Shown here: piece after piece, positions 28,801-37,430 of the stretch | Numbering within the stretch: the first letter of the stretch is position 1 | How the letters are laid out: each line of letters starts with the position of its first letter | From: a virus | Taxonomy: Duplodnaviria > Caudoviricetes | Length of the DNA stretch: 64,000 bases | Strand: one strand, 5' to 3' | IMG/VR virus record: IMGVR_UViG_2915264867_000002 | Coordinates: 1-64,000 of that record | Made by a program: the position numbers and the translations under genes | The notes under the pieces: generated by a model | What the model was told of the DNA's origin: nothing | Seen by the model: only the letters and a program-made list of their open reading frames with translations | Database searches by the model: none

Positions 28801-31241
28801 GCGCAGACGTGTACGTCCAGCGCAACGATGGACCAGCGGAGATCGTAGACCAGGCAAAGAACCGGACGTCCTCCGTGATAACCGCCAAGCGCGGCGATCG
28901 CCTGGTCGTGCGCGTTGTCGCATACGATATCTTCGGGAAACGAAGCGCCTACGAGAACGCTCCGACCGCAACCTACACGGTCTTGGGTGAAGTGCAAAAC
29001 ATCGAAGTCGGTGATGTAACCGGCGTCGGTTTCGCATGGGCCGGCCGGGACTGCAAAATCTCCTGGCGCTATAATTCGACTACGCACTCCTACGAATTCG
29101 GCAGCGAACCGGTCGGCGCTGACGCCGGCGCGCTCGATCCGCAGTTTAAGGATTACGAGATTCGCGTCTATGACAAGGATCACGCGACCCTGCGCCGAAC
29201 CGAATACACCACGGATAATTCGTACACCTATATTTACGACAAGAACTTCGCCGATGGAGTGACCAGGCACCTGATCTTTGAAGTGCGAATGCGCGACAGG
29301 TTCAACAACTTGGGCAAGCCGGCCCTTCTCGATGCCTATAACGCACCGCCAACTGTCCTCAGAACCTCTATCACGACGACCTTTGAGAGCGCAACCCTGA
29401 GCTACACCCACTCGGGAGATCCTGACTTTGCAGGCGCGGCTGTGTACCTGTCGCTGAAAGAGGATGAGCTGGCAGACCTGACCAAGATCTCGCCAGTCTA
29501 CTCCGGCCCGGATACGGCTATCTTGATTCCGAAGCTCAAGTTCGACACCTCGTATTTCGTTCGGGTGGCACCGTACGACGCTTTTGGTATGACGGAACTG
29601 AAGCCAAGCTCCGTGATCAAATTCCGAACCACGTTCTTAGATGTAAGCGCCATTGCGGACGGCGTACTGAAGGATTCGCAGTTGATGCCTGTGCTGCAGG
29701 ACCGCATCAATTTGATCGATGCGCCGGCCACAGTCGTCGGCTCGGTAGCTGCGCGCGTGGACGCCGAAAGCAAGGCGCGGGTCGCTGCCTTGCTGGAGGA
29801 GGCGCGTGCTCGGGGGACCGAAATCAAGGCCACTCAGCAGCTTATTACTGACGGCGATACACGCGTGGCAAACTCGGTGCAGAGCCTCAGTGCAGCGATG
29901 GGCGACAGTCTTTCGGTTATCCGGAACGAACAGACGGCGCTGGCCAAGGCCGACCTTGCCGAGGCAAGTCAGCGAAACCTGCAAATCGCCGAGTTCGACT
30001 CCGCCATTCGCTCCTACGTCCAGTCTTACACGTACAGTAAGGCCGACAGCAACTCGTCCATCAACGAGGCATACAATACGCTCAGAAGTGAATTTGCCAT
30101 GGGTGACGCGGCGACTTCGGCATATGTTCAGTCCTATGGGTACTCAAAATCGACGGTCGACGGCGCTTTCGCGACGGTCAATAATTCTATCGCCTCGAAA
30201 ATTGCCGACGTGAATTCGGCCGTTCTCAACGAAGCAAAAGCACGATCCGATGCGATCGCTGCCGAAACCTCGCAACGTAACGAGCAATTGGCTAAGTACA
30301 ACGGCGACATCCAAAGCTGGATCCAAAACTACAGCTACAGCCAGGCAACCTCGGATTATTCGATTAATCAGGTCTACAGCACGCTACGCAGCGAGTTTGC
30401 TTTGGGCGACAGCGCCTCGGCCGCCTACGTCCAATCGTACGCCTACTCCAAGGCTGAAACGAACAATGCGGTGGCGCAGCAGGTCAATCAAGTGACGTCA
30501 CGGCTGAACGGCGCCGGCATGGGAGGCGTGACGGTCGAGCAGTACCTGTCCAGTCACGCCTCCGCGCTGCAGGGCTTGCAGGGCCAGTACACCGTCAAGA
30601 TCGACAACAACGGTTATATCTCTGGGTTCGGCCTGGCCTCGACCACCGTCAACGGCGTGCCGCTTTCTGAGTTCCTTATTCGCGCGGATGTATTTGCGGT
30701 CGTCATGCCTGGCTACCAGGCCGCGAAGCCGTTCACGATCGGCGCCGTCAATGGGCTGCCACGCGTCATCATTTCTAGCGCACTGATTGGCGATGCGTCG
30801 ATCAACAGCGCGCAAATTGCTGATGCGGCCATTACGCGCGCCAAGATCGGCGCCGCCCAGGTGGACACGCTCCAGATTGCCGGCAACGCCGTAACGGCGG
30901 CGGCATCGGCCGCCGGCGGCCGGTCGTGCTCCATCACGATGAACTTCCTCGGTGTACCAGTGGCGATTTGGGCATGCGGGAATGGCGCCGTGTATGGCGC
31001 GTTTCAAGTGCAGCTCGTTGTCGAGATTTTCCGGGATGGGATTCTGCTGGCCACCGCCACTGCCAACGGAATCGCGAGCGGGAACAACGACAGCGGCACT
31101 TGGCCGGCGCGAATGACGGCTACGCCGGTATTCATCGACACTCCGCCGCCCGGAGTGCATACCTACACCTTCTACACTAACCGAAACCTGGATGGCGTTG
31201 AGATTCAAACTAATGCCGCACTTATCGAGACGCGCCGATGA
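25848..31241 (+). CDS. Fused tail assembly I + central tail fibre/tip protein J
   Basis: N-terminal gpI-like ubiquitin fold and hydrophobic segment; GIPVPICYGE, LSAGEGPV, YPNTALV, SKNPAWIIWDML, FN3 repeats; C-terminal QYTVKIDNNGYISGFGLAS..FLIRADVFAV. Confidence 0.92.
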   Translation: MSDKVKKPRKNAKPAPVAKVKRRATVTPVMIPVIRITNPFNAREFVREELTWRARKSLAAYFPAPAAAESVISINGKIIPRDQFRVTYLDRTDNLVVCPVPTGGGGAKGILTIVAMIAIAVVTAGAGLAIAGAMGLTGTALTVGGAIIQAGISIAGAMLVNAALAPSKPTPNRSEASSATYGADGAKNTSLEGIPVPICYGEFRMAGNVLGMHTENDADDNQTLYMLLSAGEGPVASLTDIEINDNPLVDYKNVEVQTRLGLSTQAPIPWFKDNVVADSKNQKIGADWFYSTTSTAVDQLRFDFVAPQGLCKIDSKSGEANRYTVDLQIQIRPAGSTDEFKDIASAAEIIDWEEVTGSVVRKTGEFYDSATGRAYRYDADGRIVYTDAPELSWVDVWGVAIGKATSAGQFLSQSSPTPIQTPDGVQYVNRVPVYRVGTSMTAHKRAAVRRSFNTVTLDSGKYEVRVRRNTPKSDDQTIIDDIYLSDINEITLDTLIYPNTALVALKIKLSDQISGMPKVTFLNGGRVINVFGRPGTFATEDQWYPAASKNPAWIIWDMLTHRRYGGAMATSRLDFPAFQNWAKYCDEKNLQWNGPIDTEMNVWDASQLVLRVGHSQLVNVGTRYTVVTERPSDPVMMFSVANMIEDSYQETWLATNDRANEIDVTFYDKTNSYKQRTIKVYDPAALTAGAKQRTSAITLYGVTDHETAYKEAQFQLNLNRYILKTINFSAPLEAVACSVGDLIYVQTDMTDWAQAGRLDAGSTASRIQLDREVTMEKGKQYKLLVMRDKVLRARGVVYNVAGTSIFLQDFRGDSVKRLQINGRDLRVSAKFAQNNGYGVVVDDAAGIMPGATYELYDTDVVEEFNVINVPGSSSTLQLQTPMSGAPSQFVNFMFGEAEKVKKPFRIRSITGSHEYKRDISALEYKAEVYDFDRYGSSTPTVPPQDAIIGPVRSLTTYEESYISGETIAVSVVASWAAPIAGMYAGADVYVQRNDGPAEIVDQAKNRTSSVITAKRGDRLVVRVVAYDIFGKRSAYENAPTATYTVLGEVQNIEVGDVTGVGFAWAGRDCKISWRYNSTTHSYEFGSEPVGADAGALDPQFKDYEIRVYDKDHATLRRTEYTTDNSYTYIYDKNFADGVTRHLIFEVRMRDRFNNLGKPALLDAYNAPPTVLRTSITTTFESATLSYTHSGDPDFAGAAVYLSLKEDELADLTKISPVYSGPDTAILIPKLKFDTSYFVRVAPYDAFGMTELKPSSVIKFRTTFLDVSAIADGVLKDSQLMPVLQDRINLIDAPATVVGSVAARVDAESKARVAALLEEARARGTEIKATQQLITDGDTRVANSVQSLSAAMGDSLSVIRNEQTALAKADLAEASQRNLQIAEFDSAIRSYVQSYTYSKADSNSSINEAYNTLRSEFAMGDAATSAYVQSYGYSKSTVDGAFATVNNSIASKIADVNSAVLNEAKARSDAIAAETSQRNEQLAKYNGDIQSWIQNYSYSQATSDYSINQVYSTLRSEFALGDSASAAYVQSYAYSKAETNNAVAQQVNQVTSRLNGAGMGGVTVEQYLSSHASALQGLQGQYTVKIDNNGYISGFGLASTTVNGVPLSEFLIRADVFAVVMPGYQAAKPFTIGAVNGLPRVIISSALIGDASINSAQIADAAITRAKIGAAQVDTLQIAGNAVTAAASAAGGRSCSITMNFLGVPVAIWACGNGAVYGAFQVQLVVEIFRDGILLATATANGIASGNNDSGTWPARMTATPVFIDTPPPGVHTYTFYTNRNLDGVEIQTNAALIETRR

Positions 31242-31594
31242 TTAGCTACCTGATCCACGACCATGAAGGTCGAATTATTCAAACCGGCACGATCCCGGAG
31301 GACATGCTGGAGCTTCAGCATGTGAATGGCGGGACCGTGATAGCTGGGGTAGCCAACCTAAACACCGACTACGTGGTCGACGGCGCCGTAACGCCGCGCC
31401 CAGCGCAGGACACCAGGCTGATTGCCGGTACCCTGACCCACCTTCCAGTGCCATGCACGATCCATATAGATGGCAACGCCCACGCGTGCACCGATGATGT
31501 GGTCGAGTTGGAGTTCACCTATCCGGCCACCTACGCGGTGCGTGTCGAAGCATTCCCCTATCTCGATGCAGAATTCAATGTGGTGAAAAAATGA
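31238..31594 (+). CDS. Tail-associated protein (fibre assembly-like)
   Basis: GRIIQTG..YVVDGAVTPRP; coupled to J. Confidence 0.6.
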   Translation: MISYLIHDHEGRIIQTGTIPEDMLELQHVNGGTVIAGVANLNTDYVVDGAVTPRPAQDTRLIAGTLTHLPVPCTIHIDGNAHACTDDVVELEFTYPATYAVRVEAFPYLDAEFNVVKK

Positions 31595-31788
31595 AGATTA
31601 CGCACACTGCCGACGTCAACGCCATGCGACGCGCGGCCTATCCTCCCTTGGCTGATTTCGCAGATGCACTGTACTGGCAGTCGAAGGGCGACTCAAGCAA
31701 ACTTGATACGTACCTCGAAGCGATCGAGGAGGTCAAGCGCAGGTTCCCCAAGGAGCAAGCTGATCCGCGTGCCTCGGAACACGCCTAA
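31591..31788 (+). CDS. Small tail-associated protein
   Basis: RRAAYPPLADFADALYW..EVKRRFPK, a motif common in tail-fibre regions. Confidence 0.65.
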   Translation: MKITHTADVNAMRRAAYPPLADFADALYWQSKGDSSKLDTYLEAIEEVKRRFPKEQADPRASEHA

Positions 31789-31793
31789 AATTG

Positions 31794-31811
31794 TAAGTCA
31801 GTACTTATTTA
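31794..31811. promoter_or_regulatory. Operator variant
   Basis: TAAGTCAGTACTTATTTA, identical to the 12057 copy; TAGACT at 31815-31820. Confidence 0.8.
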
Positions 31812-31847
31812 TGTTAGACTCGCCTGATCTTTTTACGTTAAAGCGCC

Positions 31848-32612
31848 ATGGCCCAGATTAAGCAGCTTTGTTCCGTCACTAACGGTCAGCAGATCGTTAC
31901 TTTGCCAGGCGACCAGACGCTCCGCATTAAGCGCAACAGCATCTTCATGGTCGAAAGCGACCTGGTTCCATACACCGTCGCGGCCGACGCCACATTTAAC
32001 GGTCAGGTCACTTCCGTGTATCTGACTGGCATTTACCTGGGAGCGACCTCGGCAGCGGCGCGCGGCGTGTTCGCCACCGATTTCACCTATCCAGACATGC
32101 TGCCCACCATTGCGCAGGGCGATGTCGGCACCGCCGCAGTTTTTACCGCTGCGATGTATCGCCTGCAGCAGATGATCAGGTCGCTTACTCCTGGCGAAGG
32201 CGGGGGCGGTGGTGGCGGCGCCTCGAGCTTCGCCGAACTTACCGACTTGCTGACCTTCGACCTGCCATTAACAAACGCCCCACTTGCTGCTGCGTTGGCT
32301 GGAAAAATGAACGCAAATGCGCAGCTGTCGGAGGGAACTGCCCCCTGGCTGATCTTCAACAGTGACTTGGTGACTTTTGTCGGAACGACGACATTTAACA
32401 CTGAAGGCGCTCGCGCCGGTGGTCGAGTTCAATGGCCCGATGGCAAGGGTGGAACATATACGGCTTCCGTGTATAGCGTGGCGTTCCCGGGCGCTGTCGA
32501 CGCCTACACCATCACGTACGAAGGATCCCCGGTAAGAACCGTTACGCAATCTCTTGTGACCCGTGATTTCATGGGCACGATCACCAATCGCCCTACGCCT
32601 ACAATCGCATGA
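31848..32612 (+). CDS. Tail fibre proximal/adaptor protein
   Basis: SVTNGQQIVT beta-strand start, poly-Gly hinge; position. Confidence 0.55.
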   Translation: MAQIKQLCSVTNGQQIVTLPGDQTLRIKRNSIFMVESDLVPYTVAADATFNGQVTSVYLTGIYLGATSAAARGVFATDFTYPDMLPTIAQGDVGTAAVFTAAMYRLQQMIRSLTPGEGGGGGGGASSFAELTDLLTFDLPLTNAPLAAALAGKMNANAQLSEGTAPWLIFNSDLVTFVGTTTFNTEGARAGGRVQWPDGKGGTYTASVYSVAFPGAVDAYTITYEGSPVRTVTQSLVTRDFMGTITNRPTPTIA

Positions 32613-34639
32613 GCCAACACCTCCAAGTCCCAGCCACTCCTGAAATCGAGTTTGTGAACTCTCCTGACTTCGTACGCAGTTTCATCCCGACCAAGGCGTA
32701 TGGACCTACCATCACTTTCGACGGCATGCAGATGAAGCGCATTCGCACCAGTTCGGGCATTACTCGTTACGCCGCGCATACCGGTACGCGAGTTATGGCG
32801 TCGGTGGCGACGTACAGCTGGTGCCGAGATCGGGACACCAATATCTCCGAACTGACGCGCATTGAGTTGCCCGCAGGATTGATTTTTAACGGCGAGTATG
32901 TGGAATTTGAGTTTCGAGTGGTGGCGCCAATGGGTTTCGGCTCTGCGCAAATTCGCGCCGAGTTCGGCATCATGCCTGGCGCATCCATCGTTTCGCCCCA
33001 ATTGATGCAAGTTTCGCCAGGGGCGACGGCGACCGAATTCGTTGGCCGCATTCGCATGACCGCGATGGATTACAACGCAGCGAAGATTCAAGATATCGGC
33101 TCCACGAGTCCTATGACGTTCGCCTCGGGCGGATCTATTCGAGACCTTAGCCGCACGGTAACGAACACCGTTCGTCTATTGGCTCAGTTTACCGATGGAT
33201 CGCAGCTCTCGAAAGGCCGCTATGTGAAGGCCGACTTCATGAGCGCGGAGATCCACGCACTTTCGCCAAACCCGCGTCGCAGCGTGTCGAACTATGTTGA
33301 CCCAGCCGAGCGCCCCTTCAACAACGAGTCGTTCTGGAACATCCCGCTCGTTCGTTACAATGGGCCACCTGGCAACTTGCAAACCGCATCGGACCCTGAA
33401 ACTGCCGCAATGCGATCCCTGCCCGAAGGCTTCGAGGCATGGGCCGGCAATTCCGTTTTCTTCTACAAGGCGAAAAGTACGGACCCTATGCAGAAGTGGA
33501 ACTACACCTCTCGCTCAGATCCGAACAACTACTGGCCCTTCAAGTCGACCGATTATTACAACGGAGGCAGCCTATGGATGAATACACCCGTCGGCATCAC
33601 TGCGGCCAGCGCAGGCGGCGACAAAAACATCGGGGTGATCACTCCAGATGGCCGCTGGTACGTCGAAGGTATCAACTACATCTACAACCCGGACACGAAA
33701 GAACACTCGGTAGGCAATATGACGTGTCACGATCTCTACGGCTATGGCGCTGTCCGGGTGCATGAGCGGGAAAATCTTGGCGATAGTGGTTCGTCGGTTG
33801 GCGTTCGCGGTGCCGGGGTGCCTCTAATTGGCGGGCTGGTGCGGGGATGGGAGCTGACTGCGGGCAAAATTGACCATGCAATCGTGCTGATCTTGGACGT
33901 ATCCAAACTCAAGAGTCCCAAAAGTCGCACTGTCTCGCAGCTGATTAATCAGCGCCCGGTGGTCGTAAATGGCGGGAGCGGATACCGTCTGGGCGAAGTG
34001 TTGGTTCTGCAAGGAGGTGCCGCTACCCGCAAGGCAGAAGTGACCGTCACCAAGGTCAGCCCCGACAGCGGCGCGGTGCTCGCGGTATGGCCTACCAATA
34101 CCGGCATGTATCCGGCCAATGGCTCGGGGGATATTGTTGGGGCAAGCGCAACTAAGGCGGACAGCACATCGACCGGGGCCGGTTGCACGATTAGTGTGAC
34201 CATGCTCGCGGCGCTTTCGCGTAGTGGATCAAGGGTATGGCCGGCGACCACAGTGGACGGCGCATACACTGAATACACAAACACCATTCCTATGGGTTCC
34301 CTGTGGACCATCCCTCCCTGGGTGGATGTAAGTAGCATCTTTACCTACAAGCCGGCACTGAAGTCGCAAGAGGCTATGACGCTCGCGCGCGCAATCCAAG
34401 AATATGGTGCGTACGTGATGGACGTCTCAGAAGCGGGCGCCATGTACATGGCAGTCTGCGCCCAAGATGTGACGACAGCTCAATTCAATTCGCTAGTAGG
34501 CATGGAAAATTACGTAATGCACAATATGGCGGCGATTCTGAACAACCTCGTGATGGTGCGAAATAACACGCCGGAATCTCCAGGGGGTTGGACTGGTGAA
34601 CGCTACGTGAACCAACGACCGGTTTATCCACTTTTCTAA
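32609..34639 (+). CDS. Putative tail spike / receptor-binding protein with enzyme-like C-terminal domain
   Basis: 676 aa; PFNNESFWNIPL, GDKNIGVI, GVPLIGGLVRGWEL..IDHAI, LARAIQEYGAYVMD; NGGSGY insertion. Confidence 0.55.
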   Translation: MSQHLQVPATPEIEFVNSPDFVRSFIPTKAYGPTITFDGMQMKRIRTSSGITRYAAHTGTRVMASVATYSWCRDRDTNISELTRIELPAGLIFNGEYVEFEFRVVAPMGFGSAQIRAEFGIMPGASIVSPQLMQVSPGATATEFVGRIRMTAMDYNAAKIQDIGSTSPMTFASGGSIRDLSRTVTNTVRLLAQFTDGSQLSKGRYVKADFMSAEIHALSPNPRRSVSNYVDPAERPFNNESFWNIPLVRYNGPPGNLQTASDPETAAMRSLPEGFEAWAGNSVFFYKAKSTDPMQKWNYTSRSDPNNYWPFKSTDYYNGGSLWMNTPVGITAASAGGDKNIGVITPDGRWYVEGINYIYNPDTKEHSVGNMTCHDLYGYGAVRVHERENLGDSGSSVGVRGAGVPLIGGLVRGWELTAGKIDHAIVLILDVSKLKSPKSRTVSQLINQRPVVVNGGSGYRLGEVLVLQGGAATRKAEVTVTKVSPDSGAVLAVWPTNTGMYPANGSGDIVGASATKADSTSTGAGCTISVTMLAALSRSGSRVWPATTVDGAYTEYTNTIPMGSLWTIPPWVDVSSIFTYKPALKSQEAMTLARAIQEYGAYVMDVSEAGAMYMAVCAQDVTTAQFNSLVGMENYVMHNMAAILNNLVMVRNNTPESPGGWTGERYVNQRPVYPLF

Positions 34640-34713
34640 CTTTAGAGGGCGGTTGGCCACGCCCCAAAGTCAGCGTCTCGGCGAACTAATCACATTTTTC
34701 TCGCGCCCCAACA

Positions 34714-34740
34714 TAAGTCGGTACTGACTTATGTTAGAAT
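34714..34740 (+). promoter_or_regulatory. Operator plus -10 upstream of lysis cassette
   Basis: TAAGTCGGTACTGACTTA 34714-34731; TAGAAT 34735-34740. Confidence 0.8.
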
Positions 34741-34805
34741 TCCGGCCAATTCCCTTTGCGAGCGAATGACGAAGGATCGACTTGAATGATTACTGAGGAT
34801 TTTCA

Positions 34806-35132
34806 ATGCCGCCGAACCAAACCGTCTTCGAAAAGCAAATGGAAGAGCTGCGCGCCGATATGCGCGGGATGCGCGCCACGATGGGTCAGATTGCCAATGC
34901 ACTGACCAAGCTCTCCATCTTGGAAGAGCGCAACTTGGCCATGCACCAGTCCGTAGAAAAGATCGACACCCGCCTGGAAAAGCTTGAGGCGAAAATGTCC
35001 GCCATCGAGCTGGAGCAAGTACGTGCGAACGCGACCGTTGACGGCGCCACCAAGACCGTCAAAGTGATGTGGGCCGTAGTGGGCGGCGGCGTACTTTTCC
35101 TGGGTTCCCAAATCATCCAGCGCTTCGCATAA
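34806..35132 (+). CDS. Coiled-coil protein with C-terminal TM helix (holin/antiholin-like)
   Basis: Heptad repeats then VMWAVVGGGVLFLG; first gene of lysis cassette. Confidence 0.6.
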   Translation: MPPNQTVFEKQMEELRADMRGMRATMGQIANALTKLSILEERNLAMHQSVEKIDTRLEKLEAKMSAIELEQVRANATVDGATKTVKVMWAVVGGGVLFLGSQIIQRFA

Positions 35133-35140
35133 GGCTGATC

Positions 35141-35578
35141 ATGAACCTGACTCAACACTTCAGCCTGGCCGAACTGATCGACTCCCAGATCGCCGCGCGC
35201 CGCGGCATCGACAACACTCCAGGTGCCGCAATCGTCCCCAACCTGCGTCGCGTCGCCGAAACCCTGGAACTGGTTCGCGCTCTGGTTAGTCGCCCTGTGA
35301 CCGTGTCCAGCGGCTACCGCTCGCCGGCTCTGAACATTGCGGCCGGCGGCTCACGCAGCAGCGCCCACCTGAAAGGCCTGGCGGCAGATATCAATGTGAC
35401 CGGAATCGCCGCAAGAGACCTGGCCAAGACAATTGCCAAATCCAGCATTGCCTTCGATCAGCTTATTTACGAGGGCACTTGGGTCCACGTCGGTTTGTCC
35501 GAAGGAGCGCCGCGCCGCGAGGTACTCACCGCCTGGTTTAAGCCTGGTGGCGTCACTTACACCAAAGGCATTTCGTAA
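35141..35578 (+). CDS. Endolysin, peptidase M15 family
   Basis: HFSLAEL, SSGYRSPALN, SAHLKGLAADI, WVHVG; ATG 35141. Confidence 0.92.
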   Translation: MNLTQHFSLAELIDSQIAARRGIDNTPGAAIVPNLRRVAETLELVRALVSRPVTVSSGYRSPALNIAAGGSRSSAHLKGLAADINVTGIAARDLAKTIAKSSIAFDQLIYEGTWVHVGLSEGAPRREVLTAWFKPGGVTYTKGIS

Positions 35579-35615
35579 CGACTTGCGGCCGGCAGCCGCC
35601 CAATGAAAGGAAACC

Positions 35616-35831
35616 ATGCTGGACAAATTACGCAACGCCTGGCGCTCGCGCACCATCTGGATAAACGCTACCCTTCTCGGGCTGCTGCCCCTGTTCGACA
35701 TGATCAACTCCGCCCTGCCGCAGTTGCACGAATTTCTTCCGGAGAACATGTACAAGACTGTTGGCGTTGCGACGGTGCTGGTCAACATCTTGCTGCGCTT
35801 CTTCACCTCTACCTCGCTGGAGAACAAGTGA
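35616..35831 (+). CDS. Holin (2 TM)
   Basis: KLRNAWRSRTIWINATLLGLL..VGVATVLVNILLRF..TSLENK. Confidence 0.75.
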   Translation: MLDKLRNAWRSRTIWINATLLGLLPLFDMINSALPQLHEFLPENMYKTVGVATVLVNILLRFFTSTSLENK

Positions 35832-36250
35832 GCACCCGGGCGGTTGCTGTCGCAGCCCTTCTCGGTGTCTCGCTCGGCTGTATAGGCGGCTACTGGGCCA
35901 AAGTGAAGCTTGACCATGCGTCAAGTTCCGCCGCCAGCATCGACGCTCGCCGCGAGACTTCTGTCGGGATCGTGAGGGCGGCCGAAGCAAGCGTGTCGCT
36001 CGGCGCTCAAATTTCTTCCGACAGCACGCGCATCGATCAACTGCGGGTGGCGGCCGCCAAACGGACCGCAAAGTACCTTCTCAAACCCATCGCGCCATTA
36101 AATGAAAACACCGCCCCTGAAGCGCCCTTATCTCCTCTTGATCGAAGCCATTCTGGCCTTGTTCTTGATGCTGGGACTGTTCGGCTGCTCAACGCAGCGC
36201 GCACCGGCCGTCTCGTGGTCGATCCCAGCGGAGACACTGCGCAAGAGTGA
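35828..36250 (+). CDS. i-spanin (Rz-like)
   Basis: N-terminal TM, periplasmic helix, C-terminal LDAGTVRLLNAAR; overlaps the lipoprotein gene. Confidence 0.75.
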   Translation: MSTRAVAVAALLGVSLGCIGGYWAKVKLDHASSSAASIDARRETSVGIVRAAEASVSLGAQISSDSTRIDQLRVAAAKRTAKYLLKPIAPLNENTAPEAPLSPLDRSHSGLVLDAGTVRLLNAARTGRLVVDPSGDTAQE

Positions 36251-36437
36251 TCCGCTGCCTGAGATCGCGCTCGATCCAAAAGCTGCCGACGACGACGCTA
36301 CAAACATCGACCTGCCAGCCATGGTGCAGATTGACTTGGCGCTGACAAAAACATGCCGCGCGGTGATTGCCCGCCACAATTTGCTGGTCGACGAAGTCAT
36401 GGCATATCTGCGCAAGCAAGCAGATGCCGGTCAATAA
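36102..36437 (+). CDS. o-spanin lipoprotein (Rz1-like)
   Basis: Lipobox LGLFGC, Pro-rich, ends CRAVIARHNLLV; overlapped frame. Confidence 0.75.
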   Translation: MKTPPLKRPYLLLIEAILALFLMLGLFGCSTQRAPAVSWSIPAETLRKSDPLPEIALDPKAADDDATNIDLPAMVQIDLALTKTCRAVIARHNLLVDEVMAYLRKQADAGQ

Positions 36438-36454
36438 AATTTTACCCTTGAGAA

Positions 36455-36472
36455 TAAGTAAGTACTGACTTA
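36455..36472. promoter_or_regulatory. Operator variant
   Basis: TAAGTAAGTACTGACTTA before the post-lysis operon. Confidence 0.85.
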
Positions 36473-36503
36473 TTATTCCTAATCTTTTATTTTTGGAAGT
36501 TAG

Positions 36504-36809
36504 ATGATTATCAAGAACCCCCGGGTGCTGCTACATCGAAGCCAGGTCGGACCGGACGACACCATCGAGTCATTCGACTCTCACCAAAAATTTGTCGCCG
36601 TCTTGCAGTCCGGCACGGCTATCACCGTAAAGGTCGAAATGAGTATGGACGGCACTAATGGCTGGCAGGAGGTTTGCACCTTTGACCTGGATACTGTCGG
36701 TCAGGAGCTGGATACCGGCCTGCTGGTAATCCCCATGCGTTTCATTCGCGCAACCGTCATCGCTCAATCCGGCCCTACTCCAAGTGCCATCGTCTACATG
36801 GGGAATTAA
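36504..36809 (+). CDS. Small beta-rich virion-type protein
   Basis: VKVEMSMDG..W..IPMRFIRATV resembles jelly-roll/discoidin-like domains. Confidence 0.5.
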   Translation: MIIKNPRVLLHRSQVGPDDTIESFDSHQKFVAVLQSGTAITVKVEMSMDGTNGWQEVCTFDLDTVGQELDTGLLVIPMRFIRATVIAQSGPTPSAIVYMGN

Positions 36810-37414
36810 TGGGCGCTCTCAAAATCAACTCCGTCGTCACTAAAGCAGGCGCTGGCGGCGTTGCGCCGCAAGTGGTGGTGAGTGGCGGCAATAGCGTCGG
36901 CAGCGTTCTGACGGCTGCGCCTGGCGAGGGCTGGGCTTGGACTGTAGGGACTTGGAAGCGTGACGGCATCGCACTGGTGACGAATTTGCAGTACACCCGC
37001 GCGAAGGCAGACATCGGAAAGCGGCTCACTTTTATTCCCGAAAACCCAACCCCACTGCTGAAAGTTGACGACACGGTACCTGGCATTCCTGGCAGCCCAA
37101 CCATTACTGCAGTCACTGCCGGTGACGGCTTCGTCCAGGTAACTTTCGCAGCGCCGGCTGACGACGGCGGCGGAAATATCTCGCTGTACCGCCTACAGCT
37201 CGACAACGGCGCATTCACGGAAGGCATGCAAAGCCCACTGAAAGTCGCCGCGCAAAACGGCATTAAACGCACTCCGGTGATGTTTGCCAAAAACGAATCC
37301 GGCTGGAGCTTGTCGTCGGTGCCTGGCGCTTCCGTGACGCCATCGGTACCTGCGCCTCAGTCTAAGTCTTCCGCTGCTGTAGGCGCATCTGCAGTCGGCT
37401 CCTCCCCTCTTTAA
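36809..37414 (+). CDS. Fibronectin type III / Ig-like protein
   Basis: PGIPGSPTITAVTAGDGFVQVTFAAPADDGGGNISLY..VPGASVTP. Confidence 0.8.
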   Translation: MGALKINSVVTKAGAGGVAPQVVVSGGNSVGSVLTAAPGEGWAWTVGTWKRDGIALVTNLQYTRAKADIGKRLTFIPENPTPLLKVDDTVPGIPGSPTITAVTAGDGFVQVTFAAPADDGGGNISLYRLQLDNGAFTEGMQSPLKVAAQNGIKRTPVMFAKNESGWSLSSVPGASVTPSVPAPQSKSSAAVGASAVGSSPL

Positions 37415-37430
37415 CCACTGATAGGAAAGC

